Origin: an uncultured Acidobacteriota bacterium
GTDB lineage: Bacteria; Acidobacteriota; Vicinamibacteria; Fen-336; JAGNNV01
Length of the DNA stretch: 58,610 bases
Direction: 5' to 3'
Assembly (NCBI GenBank): GCA_964646485.1
Contig: CAZYEA010000001.1
Coordinates: 1-58,610, forward strand
A program made the position numbers and the translations under genes. Positions 51,014-58,610 of the stretch are shown piece after piece (positions within the stretch are counted from its first letter, which is position 1; every line of letters starts with the position of its first letter). The notes beneath the pieces are model-generated. The model was not told the DNA's origin. It did no database searches and worked only from the letters and a program-made list of their open reading frames with translations.

Positions 51014-51751
51014 ATGCGACGGGTGGCCGTAGCGATCTTCAAAGGCGGCACCGGCAAGTCCACGGTCGCGGTCAACGTCGCGGTGGGATTGGCCCGGTTG
51101 GGCCGCCGGGTTCTCGTCGTCGACCTCGACGCGCAGGCGAGCGCCTCGCACATGATGGGCGCGGTGGACGCCTCGCCCACGATCCGTGAGGTGCTGGTGG
51201 ACCGGCTGGCTCCGGAAACCGCGGTGCGCCCGGTTGAGGCCAACCTGCAGATCCTGCCCGCGGGCCGGAGCCTCGCTCCCATCGACGCGTGGCTTTCCAC
51301 CCAGGTGCGGCGCGAAGAGGTGTTGAAGCAGCGCCTCGCCCCCATCGAGGAGCGAGACCTCGTGATCCTGGACTGCGCTCCCGCCTGGTCGTTCCTGAAC
51401 GTCAACGCCCTGTTGTATGCGGACGAGATCTGGATCCCGGTTTCCATGGACTTCCTCGCCCTGGTCGGAGTCCGGCAGCTCGAGGACACTTTTGACATGA
51501 TCCGCGACGAGCTCGGCCACGAACTGCGCAAGCGCGTGATCCCGACCTTCTTCGACGCGCGGACGCGCAAGTCGGCCGAGGTGCTCTCGGCCCTGCAGGA
51601 GCGTTACGGCGACGACGTGATGCCTCCGCTGCGAACCTCGGTCCGGGTGTCGGAAGCGCCGAGCCACGGCCGCTCCGTCTTCGACCATGCTCCCGGTTCG
51701 GCCGCGACCGAAGATCTGGAGCGACTGGTCGAAGCCCTCGATAAGGCCTGA
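51014..51751 (+). CDS. ParA/MinD-family P-loop ATPase (orphan, no ParB nearby)
   Basis: Deviant Walker A 'KGGTGKST', 'VLVVDLDAQ', 'LVILDCAP'. Confidence 0.85.
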   Translation: MRRVAVAIFKGGTGKSTVAVNVAVGLARLGRRVLVVDLDAQASASHMMGAVDASPTIREVLVDRLAPETAVRPVEANLQILPAGRSLAPIDAWLSTQVRREEVLKQRLAPIEERDLVILDCAPAWSFLNVNALLYADEIWIPVSMDFLALVGVRQLEDTFDMIRDELGHELRKRVIPTFFDARTRKSAEVLSALQERYGDDVMPPLRTSVRVSEAPSHGRSVFDHAPGSAATEDLERLVEALDKA

Positions 51752-51756
51752 TCACC

Positions 51757-52893
51757 ATGTCTCCCCGAAAATCCCTCGGCTCGAACCCACTCTCGGCGAA
51801 GAAGGGCGACGCGGCTCTCCGCGAGATGCTCACCGGACCAGCAAAGCCGGAGATCGGATCGATCGCGCCGTCCTCGGCCCTGGTGTTATCCGGACGCGGC
51901 GCCGAGGCCGCCTTCGAGGTCGGAGTCGCCGCCGGGCTCGCTTCGGCGAACGGGTTCGAGGTCGAGGTGCTGAGCGGAGTGTCGGTGGGCGCCATGAACG
52001 CCGCGGTGCTCGCGGGTCACGCGTCCGACTTCGTCGGCGCGACCGCGCGACTTCGTCAGATCTGGCTCGACGAGCTCGCGGGCGAGAGCTGGACCGGGCG
52101 CAACGGTCTGTATCGCTCGCGGGGAGACGTGCGGGCGTTTCTCGATCCGGCTCGCCTCCCGGGCGCGATCGCCGACCTCGTCGGCGACAGTTCGCATTGG
52201 GTTCGCGACGCCCTCCGCCACGGAGCGCGGGTCGTCCGCTCCGGCGACGACCTGGCCCCGCGCCTCCTCTGGTTTGCCGACCTCGGCTCGATGCTCTCCC
52301 TCGACCCTTTCGAATCTCTGGTGTCGAGGGTCGTGGATCTCGAGGCGGTGCGAGCCTCCAGACGGGTGTTGCGAATCGCCACCGCCAACTGGGTGAGCGG
52401 CGTCCTCGACGTTCGTGACGGTGCGGGGCTCGACGGCGCCACGGGCCACAAGCGCATCGTGGCCGCGGCCGCGCGGCCCGGAATCTTCCCATGCATCGAG
52501 ATCGAAGGTGTCCCTCACGTCGAGGCCAGCGCCTTCGCGACCTCGGACCTCGCTCCCGCGATCGCCGCCGGGGCGACCCGGCTCCATGTGCCGGTTTTCG
52601 TGGCTGCCCGCGCCGAAGGCGATCGCCCGGCGAGCACGATCGACGCGCTCAATCACCAGATGGCTCACCTTCAGCGCGCCCGGCTGGAGCGCGAGCTGGC
52701 CGAGTTGAGCGCGCGCCGTTCCCAGGCGCTTACCGTCCATCTCTATCGAGGGACGCTGGGATCCGAAGGAAGCCACGGCTTCCTCGATCTTCGGAGGGAT
52801 CGGATCGCCGCCCTGATAGAACACGGGCGCGAGGTCGCCCTTCGCCACGATTGTCGGGCCGCGGGCTGCGTTCTTTCAACCCCGAACACCTGA
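51757..52893 (+). CDS. patatin-like phospholipase domain protein (divergent)
   Basis: 'LVLSGRGAEAAFEVGV' Gly-rich block and 'LSGVSVGAMNA' GxSxG nucleophile elbow; starts 5 nt after the parA-like stop. Confidence 0.65.
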   Translation: MSPRKSLGSNPLSAKKGDAALREMLTGPAKPEIGSIAPSSALVLSGRGAEAAFEVGVAAGLASANGFEVEVLSGVSVGAMNAAVLAGHASDFVGATARLRQIWLDELAGESWTGRNGLYRSRGDVRAFLDPARLPGAIADLVGDSSHWVRDALRHGARVVRSGDDLAPRLLWFADLGSMLSLDPFESLVSRVVDLEAVRASRRVLRIATANWVSGVLDVRDGAGLDGATGHKRIVAAAARPGIFPCIEIEGVPHVEASAFATSDLAPAIAAGATRLHVPVFVAARAEGDRPASTIDALNHQMAHLQRARLERELAELSARRSQALTVHLYRGTLGSEGSHGFLDLRRDRIAALIEHGREVALRHDCRAAGCVLSTPNT

Positions 52894-52974
52894 CCGCGAG
52901 CGGCACGACACTCCTCGAAACGATGCCCGCGCGGGACCCCCGGATGGGCGGGTGGCCCCGCAGGTTGAGATCCG

Positions 52975-54603
52975 CTATTCCGCGCCCAGGAAGGGGTAGC
53001 GCCAGTCGGTCGCGGGGGCGAAGGTTTCCTTGATCGTACGCGCCGAGACCCAGCGCATGAGGTTGAGCTTGGAGCCCGCCTTGTCGTTCGTGCCCGAGCC
53101 GCGCGCGCCGCCGAAGGGCTGCTGGCCGACCACCGCACCCGTGGGTTTGTCGTTGATGTAGAAGTTGCCCGCGGCCTGGCGGAGGGTGTGGGTGGCTTCG
53201 GCGACCGCCTTGCGATCGCGCGAGAAGACGGCGCCGGTGAGGGCGTAGGGCGAGGTCTGGTCGAGGACATCGAGGGTCTTCGTCCACTGGTCGTCTTGGT
53301 AGATGTAGTAGGTGACCACCGGCCCGAAGATCTCTTCGCACATCATGCGTTCGCCCGGATCCGCGGCCTCCACGAGGGTCGGCTCGATGAAGTAGCCGAC
53401 CTCCTTGTTGGCGCCGCCGCCGAAGATGATCTTGTTGTGCTTGCGCGCGTGGTCGAGGTAGCCGCTGATGCTGTTGAAGGAGGACTCCGAGATCACCGCG
53501 CCCATGAAGTTGCGGAAATCGGAGGTGTCGCCGACCTTGATTTCCTTCAGGATCGCCACCGTCCGTTCGATGACGTCCTTGGCCAGGGACTTGGGGAGGT
53601 AGACGCGCGAAGCGGCCGAGCACTTCTGGCCCTGATATTCGAAACCGCCGCGCGCGATCGCCACTGCGATCTCCTGCGGGTCGGCCGAGGGGTGCGCGAG
53701 GATGAAGTCTTTGCCCCCGGTTTCGCCGACCAGCCGCGGATAGGCCTTGTACTTGGCGATGTCATTGCCGACCCGCGCCCAGATCGACTGGAACACCGAG
53801 GTGCTGCCGGTGAAGTGGATGCCCGCCAGATCGGGCGACTTCAAGATGACGTCCGTGATCATGCGCGACTCGCCGGTGACGAGGTTCACCACCCCCGGCG
53901 GCATCCCGGCCTCTTCGAGGACGTTCATGATCACCCAGGCGCTGCGCATCGAGGTGTGCGCGGGCTTCCACAGGACCACGTTGCCCATCAGGGCGGGGGC
54001 GGTGACCAGGTTGCCGCCGATGGCCGTGAAGTTGAAAGGAGAGATCGCGTACACGAAGCCTTCGAGCGGGCGGTAGTCGGTCTGGTTCCACATCCCGTCG
54101 CTGGAGATCGGCTGTTCGCTGATGAGTTCCTGGGCGAAGGAGACGTTGAACCTGAAGAAGTCGGTGAGCTCGCAGGCTGCGTCGATCTCGGACTGGTGGA
54201 TGGTCTTCGATTGTCCGAGCATGGTGGCGGCGTTGACCTGGGCGCGGTACTTGCCGCTCAGGAGGTCGGCGGCGCGCAGGATGACCGCGGCGCGCTCCTC
54301 GAACGCCCACGAGCCCCACTCTTTCTGCGCCCGCTTGGAGGCATCGATCGCGGACTGGATGTGGGCGGGAGTCGCCTCATGGGAGTCGGCGAGGACGTGT
54401 CGGTGGTTGTGAGGGGAGACCACGGTCGCGGTCTTGCCGGTTGCGATCTTCTGTCCATCGATGACCATGGGGATGTCGATTCGCTCGGCGGCCATGGCCT
54501 TGAGGGCGCTCTTGACCTCAGCGCGCTCCGGACTTCCTGGGGCGTAGGTCTTGACCGGTTCGTTACGGGGGGCGGGGACTCGACGGATGGCGGTGACGCT
54601 CAT
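52975..54603 (-). CDS. pruA: L-glutamate gamma-semialdehyde (1-pyrroline-5-carboxylate) dehydrogenase, ALDH4 type
   Basis: Trimmed to ATG 54603; 'ATMLGQSKTIHQSEIDAACELTDFFRFN' (ALDH4A1-type block), 'ISPFNFTAIGGNL', 'ETGGKD', 'YQGQKCSAASR', 'EEIFGPV'. Confidence 0.9.
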   Translation of the reverse strand: MSVTAIRRVPAPRNEPVKTYAPGSPERAEVKSALKAMAAERIDIPMVIDGQKIATGKTATVVSPHNHRHVLADSHEATPAHIQSAIDASKRAQKEWGSWAFEERAAVILRAADLLSGKYRAQVNAATMLGQSKTIHQSEIDAACELTDFFRFNVSFAQELISEQPISSDGMWNQTDYRPLEGFVYAISPFNFTAIGGNLVTAPALMGNVVLWKPAHTSMRSAWVIMNVLEEAGMPPGVVNLVTGESRMITDVILKSPDLAGIHFTGSTSVFQSIWARVGNDIAKYKAYPRLVGETGGKDFILAHPSADPQEIAVAIARGGFEYQGQKCSAASRVYLPKSLAKDVIERTVAILKEIKVGDTSDFRNFMGAVISESSFNSISGYLDHARKHNKIIFGGGANKEVGYFIEPTLVEAADPGERMMCEEIFGPVVTYYIYQDDQWTKTLDVLDQTSPYALTGAVFSRDRKAVAEATHTLRQAAGNFYINDKPTGAVVGQQPFGGARGSGTNDKAGSKLNLMRWVSARTIKETFAPATDWRYPFLGAE

Positions 54604-54860
54604 GGGGTCTTTGCGGCTCCTTAGGTCCCTGGCGGTCCAGGGGGTCTCTTTTCGGGGTTCTGCGGAGAAATTCGAATCTTGCGGTGGGGCACTCAACGGG
54701 TGGGGCGGGAGTCCAGTCCTACCTCAACAGCGTGGGCGCCCCGTGACGCGGTTCCTTGACAGCCCGCCCAGAAGCACTCATTATCTCTCAGGATCTCATC
54801 CGGCGTTTCCGGCGGAGGGATCCGGTCGCTGCGTCCAGTCGATTGAATTCGGAGGTCTCC

Positions 54861-56291
54861 ATGAGTCTCACCGCTTCGGAACTCGGGCGAAAGACGGCAC
54901 TTCACGCCCTCAACCGGCTGGGTTTCGGCCCGCGCCCGGGAGATGTGGAGCGGCTGCTCGACCGGGGGATCGAGGACTACATCAACGAGCAGATCGATCC
55001 CCAGAAGGACACCGAACTCGAGTCCCGCCTGGCGCCTCTCGGCAACACTCTGAGACTCACCACCACCCAGGTCCTCGTGACCTATGCCGACTCCGGGAAC
55101 CAGAACGCCTCGATTCAGGCCTATATCGACAATCTCTACAACGCGAAGCTCATCCGTTCGGTCCATACGAAGAACCAGCTCGAAGAGGCCCTCGCCGACT
55201 TCTGGTTCAACCACTTCAACGTCAACATCAACGACAACTTCGTCCGCTACTCGATCCAGTCCTACGAGCGTGACGCTATCCGCCCGAACGCGATGGGGAA
55301 GTTCGAGACCCTGTTGAAGGCGACCGCCGAGCATCCGGCGATGCTGTACTACCTCGACAACTATCTCTCGCAGGTGGGTCGCACCGTCAACGGCGTGCTC
55401 GTCTCCGGCCTGAATGAGAACTACGGGCGCGAGATCCTCGAACTTCACACGGTGGGCGTCGACGCGGGCTACACGCAGTCGGATGTCTATGAGGCCGCGC
55501 GCGCGTTCACGGGCTGGGGCATCGACAACCTCGGTCGGGGCGGGAACTTCCTCTACTCCGCGGCTCGGCACGACACCGGCTCGAAGAGCATCTTCGGGCT
55601 CCCGCTTGCGGCCGGCGGCGGCAAGGATGACGGCGATCGCCTGATCAAGTACCTCGCCACCCATCCCAAGACTGCGCGCTTCATCTCGACCAAGCTCGCG
55701 CGCCGCTTCGTCTCCGATACGCCTCCCCCGAGCCTGATCGACCGGATGGCCGAGGCGTGGCTCTCGAGCGAGGGGGATATCAAGACGGTGATGAAGGCCA
55801 TGATCGGCTCATCCGAGTTCTGGGCCGAGGCCTTCAACGAAGCGGGAAAGCCCAAGACGCCTTTCGAATACGTGATCAGCTCCATCCGCGCCATCGGCGG
55901 CGAGGTGACCGCGGCCACCCGGGGAGTCACCGCCTATCTTTCCCAGATGGGCCAGCCGCTGTATCAGTGCATCCCGCCCACGGGATACTCGGACCTCGGG
56001 ACCGACTGGCTGAATCCCTCGTCCCAGATCTACCGCATGAACTTCGCCTTCGACCTCGCCCAGGGCCTGGTCAACGGGGTCACGGTGAATGTCCGCAACT
56101 TCGCGGTGGGCGCCGACCTGACGAATCCTTCCTCGGTGGCGAAGGCCGCGAACAACGCGGTCTTCGGGGGCGCGATCGGAAGCAGCACCATCGACGCGGC
56201 AACCAAAGTCGATACCCGGATCACCAACCCCTCCCCGGCGGTGCGCGTCTCGGCCCTCCTTCTCGCCGGCCCTGAGTCTCAGGTTCGGTAG
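54861..56291 (+). CDS. DUF1800 family protein
   Basis: Trimmed to ATG 54861 after GGAGG; 'HALNRLGFGPRPGD', 'FWFNHFNV', 'ILELHTVGVDAGYTQ' patterns. Confidence 0.8.
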   Translation: MSLTASELGRKTALHALNRLGFGPRPGDVERLLDRGIEDYINEQIDPQKDTELESRLAPLGNTLRLTTTQVLVTYADSGNQNASIQAYIDNLYNAKLIRSVHTKNQLEEALADFWFNHFNVNINDNFVRYSIQSYERDAIRPNAMGKFETLLKATAEHPAMLYYLDNYLSQVGRTVNGVLVSGLNENYGREILELHTVGVDAGYTQSDVYEAARAFTGWGIDNLGRGGNFLYSAARHDTGSKSIFGLPLAAGGGKDDGDRLIKYLATHPKTARFISTKLARRFVSDTPPPSLIDRMAEAWLSSEGDIKTVMKAMIGSSEFWAEAFNEAGKPKTPFEYVISSIRAIGGEVTAATRGVTAYLSQMGQPLYQCIPPTGYSDLGTDWLNPSSQIYRMNFAFDLAQGLVNGVTVNVRNFAVGADLTNPSSVAKAANNAVFGGAIGSSTIDAATKVDTRITNPSPAVRVSALLLAGPESQVR

Positions 56292-56301
56292 GAGAAAGAT
56301 C

Positions 56302-57537
56302 ATGAACCTCCCCTTCGACTCCTCCCGCCGGATCTTCCTCCGCGGCGCTTCGGCGGCGGCGGTGGGCATCGGCTTCGGCCCGTCCGCCCTGATGTCGCGC
56401 ACCGCCCAGGCCGCCACCGGCGCCAAGGTCTTCGTGCAGATCTTCGTGCGCGGCGGCCTCGACACCTTGAATGTGGTGGTGCCTTACGGCGACCCCACCT
56501 ACTACAACATCCGGGGCGGCATCGCGATCCCAAGGCCGGGCCAGGGCGGCGGCGCCCTGCGTCTCGACGACACGTTCGGCCTGCATCCGTCTCTCTCCGC
56601 CCTCATGCCCCTGTGGAACCAGGGCCGGCTCGCCATCGTGGACGCGGTGGGGAACTACGACCTGTCCCGTTCACACTTCGACGCCCAGGACTTCATGGAG
56701 ACCGGCACTCCGGCCAAGAAGGACACCTCTACGGGCTGGCTCGATCGCGCGATCAAGGCCATCCCGGGAAGCAACGTCTCCGAGGCGGTGGCCTTCCAGG
56801 CCCAGCTGCCCCGCTCCTTCATGGGTCCGGAGCCGGTCCTGGTGGCGAGCAACCTGACCACTTTCAACCTCAAGGTGGGTGCCAGCTGGCGCGCCGAGGC
56901 GGAGGCTGCTTTGCGCGGGATGTACGGATCCCGGCAGGACGCGATTGGGAAGGTGGGCCGCGAGACCTTCGAGGCCATCGACACCATCGTGCGGTCGCCC
57001 GTCCTCTCGGCCGCCCCCGCCAACGGCGCCGTGTATCCGAACGTGAGCATCGGGACGTCGTTGCGCCAGGCCGCCGCCATCATCAAGGCGGGCCTCGGCA
57101 CCCGAACCATCTTCATCAGTCTGGGTGGAGCCTTCGACACCCACTCCGGGCAACTCGCGGCCCACCAGACCGAACTGCCCCGCATCGGAGACTCCCTCGC
57201 GGCCTTCGCCCAGGACCTGGGCGGCCTGCTCGATGACGTGGTGGTGCTCATGGTGTCCGAGTTCGGCCGGACCGCGTATGTGAATGGTTCGGCGGGCACC
57301 GATCACGGTTCCGCGCATGCGGTGTTCGCGCTCGGGGGCTCGGTTCGCGGCGGGCGGCTTCTCGGGCGCTGGCCGGGACTCTCGTCCACTCAGCTGTACC
57401 AGAACCGCGACCTCGCGGCCACCACAGACTTCCGCGACGTGTACGCGGAGATCGCGCGCAAGCACCTGGGCCTCACCGACATGGCCACGCTCTTCCCGGG
57501 CTACAACGTGGGCGCGGGTGTGGGCCTTCTCGCCTGA
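56302..57537 (+). CDS. DUF1501 family (sulfatase-fold) protein with Tat-type signal
   Basis: 'SRRIFLRGASAAAVGIGF' twin-Arg leader; 'SHFDAQDFMETG', 'SEFGRT', 'GTDHG' blocks. Confidence 0.85.
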   Translation: MNLPFDSSRRIFLRGASAAAVGIGFGPSALMSRTAQAATGAKVFVQIFVRGGLDTLNVVVPYGDPTYYNIRGGIAIPRPGQGGGALRLDDTFGLHPSLSALMPLWNQGRLAIVDAVGNYDLSRSHFDAQDFMETGTPAKKDTSTGWLDRAIKAIPGSNVSEAVAFQAQLPRSFMGPEPVLVASNLTTFNLKVGASWRAEAEAALRGMYGSRQDAIGKVGRETFEAIDTIVRSPVLSAAPANGAVYPNVSIGTSLRQAAAIIKAGLGTRTIFISLGGAFDTHSGQLAAHQTELPRIGDSLAAFAQDLGGLLDDVVVLMVSEFGRTAYVNGSAGTDHGSAHAVFALGGSVRGGRLLGRWPGLSSTQLYQNRDLAATTDFRDVYAEIARKHLGLTDMATLFPGYNVGAGVGLLA

Positions 57538-57624
57538 TCACGCATCGCTCCCTTTCCGTCGCGGCCGAGCGGGGCTTAGACCCTCCGAACGAAACCCAAA
57601 AAGACAACTGAGGACCCAGAAATC

Positions 57625-58173
57625 ATGAAGATGAAGAGCCGTCTCTTGTCGCGCGCCGTCGCCACCGCACTCGGCGCGCTCACTCTCGTGGCCGCGCCGA
57701 CCCAGGCGCAGGACGCCAAGGTGGGGCTCTACGCGGGCTACACGTTTTTCCACACCGACGACGGCAGCCTCAGCGGCCTACGGCTGTCTCCGGAGTACCG
57801 CCTGAACCGGTTTGCCTCTTTGGTCGGTGACTTCTCGGCGGAGAAAGGGACGCTTTCCTCTGCGGACACCACCCTCGCCACGTTCCTCGGCGGCTTGAGG
57901 CTCAAGAAGGGGCTTGGCTCGGCCGCCGTCTTCGCGCACGCTCTGGCCGGAGGCGTCCGTAGTTCGTCCTCCATCACGCCGTTCAAGGGCGTCTCCATCT
58001 CCGTCTCCGACACCGGCCTCGCTCTCGACGGCGGCGGGGGCATCGAGTTCCACTTCCGCGGCTCTCTCAAGATGCGCGTGGGCGCCGACTACTTCCGGCG
58101 CAAGGTCGACATCGGCGGGGGCAGGACGGCGAACGAAAACGACGTCCGCGCGACCGTGGGGTTTGTCTTCTGA
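57625..58173 (+). CDS. small outer-membrane beta-barrel protein (OmpA-barrel/OmpW-like)
   Basis: 182 aa; signal peptide 'AVATALGALTLVAAPTQA', alternating strands, C-terminal 'RATVGFVF'. Confidence 0.7.
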   Translation: MKMKSRLLSRAVATALGALTLVAAPTQAQDAKVGLYAGYTFFHTDDGSLSGLRLSPEYRLNRFASLVGDFSAEKGTLSSADTTLATFLGGLRLKKGLGSAAVFAHALAGGVRSSSSITPFKGVSISVSDTGLALDGGGGIEFHFRGSLKMRVGADYFRRKVDIGGGRTANENDVRATVGFVF

Positions 58174-58180
58174 CCCTGGC

Positions 58181-58610
58181 CTAGTTGAGCGCCGCCACCT
58201 GATCCAGGAACTCCGAGTTGTTCTCGGTCTTCGACATGCGGTCCAGCATCAGCTCCATGGCGTCGGTCTGATGGAGGGTTGAAAGCACCTTTCGCAGCAC
58301 CCAGACCCGCATCAGCTCCTCCCGGCCGAGGAGAAGCTCCTCACGCCGGGTGCCGCTGCGGTTGATGTCGACGGCGGGCAGGATGCGCTTCTCCATCATG
58401 CGGCGGTCCAGAACGATCTCGGAGTTTCCCGTGCCCTTGAACTCTTCGAAGATGATGTCGTCCATGCGGGAGCCCGTGTCCACCAGGGCGGTAGCGATGA
58501 TGGTGAGCGAGCCCCCCTCTTCCATCGCGCGGGCCGCGCCGAAGAACTTCTTGGGCAGGAGCAGCGCGGTCTGGTCGAGCCCGCCCGACAGAGTCCGGCT
58601 CGAGTTCCCC
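58181..58610 (-). CDS. rho: transcription termination factor Rho, C-terminal part (continues beyond the window)
   Basis: '[38 protein letters not shown]', '[16 protein letters not shown]'. The frame stays open to base 58610. Confidence 0.9.
   Translation of the reverse strand, partial: GNSSRTLSGGLDQTALLLPKKFFGAARAMEEGGSLTIIATALVDTGSRMDDIIFEEFKGTGNSEIVLDRRMMEKRILPAVDINRSGTRREELLLGREELMRVWVLRKVLSTLHQTDAMELMLDRMSKTENNSEFLDQVAALN

Noticed and set aside
50837-51688. N-terminal 284-codon extension of the antiporter ORF (49562..51688), and similar extensions at 9681..9896, 11252..11431, 35985..36104 and 54604..54696
   Set aside because: The extensions are Arg/Gly/Pro-rich, overlap neighbouring genes or promoters, and precede internal start codons with Shine-Dalgarno sequences or ATGA coupling. 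I trimmed the genes accordingly.
1-58610. Search for tRNA, rRNA, transposase/integrase, prophage or toxin-antitoxin modules
   Set aside because: Intergenic spaces are short (mostly under 200 bp). None showed cloverleaf-like arms, and no translated ORF had recombinase, transposase or phage hallmarks. Absence is judged by eye only; tRNAscan-SE, Infernal and ISEScan would settle it.

Overview
GC-rich bacterial chromosomal segment (G/C dominates third codon positions by eye; not computed). It is densely coding, with about 50 genes. I saw no rRNA, tRNA, CRISPR array, transposase or integrase. The gene content (many CRTAC1/ASPIC-type FG-GAP proteins, a DUF1800/DUF1501 pair, FadL-type porins) suggests an Acidobacteriota- or Gemmatimonadota-like soil organism, but that is only an inference.

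Five blocks:
1. 0.5-18.9 kb: two convergent, translationally coupled operons plus a divergent gene pair. Together they look like an atypical type II PKS-like lipid or pigment cluster. It contains a KS plus a Cys->Gln chain-length-factor partner, two ACPs, a fatty-acyl-AMP-ligase-type adenylase, a flavin halogenase, a carotenoid/stilbene-type oxygenase, a CrtI-type flavoenzyme, an HMG-CoA-reductase homologue, an ABC1-like protein, an SDR-acyltransferase fusion, a DinB fusion and an aldehyde dehydrogenase. This is my best candidate for an undescribed system.
2. 19.1-34.3 kb: a seven-gene coupled operon with five CRTAC1-type FG-GAP/ASPIC proteins, a TPR protein and a membrane-anchored pentaheme cytochrome c-TPR fusion.
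3. 34.3-41.3 kb: small miscellaneous genes (DUF1059, SRPBCC, alpha/beta hydrolase, fasciclin, CN-hydrolase, SnoaL-like, class III cyclase, TetR).
4. 40.2-49.4 kb: envelope genes. Two outer-membrane barrel genes here are each interrupted by a single in-frame TGA. One sits between the signal peptide and the barrel and is followed by a hairpin. The other aligns with a Trp codon of the tandem paralogue.
5. 49.5-58.6 kb: housekeeping-type genes (cation/H+ antiporter, ParA, patatin-like, P5C dehydrogenase, DUF1800/DUF1501, small OMP, rho 3' end).

All calls come from motif reading of the supplied translations and the DNA. No database search was possible.
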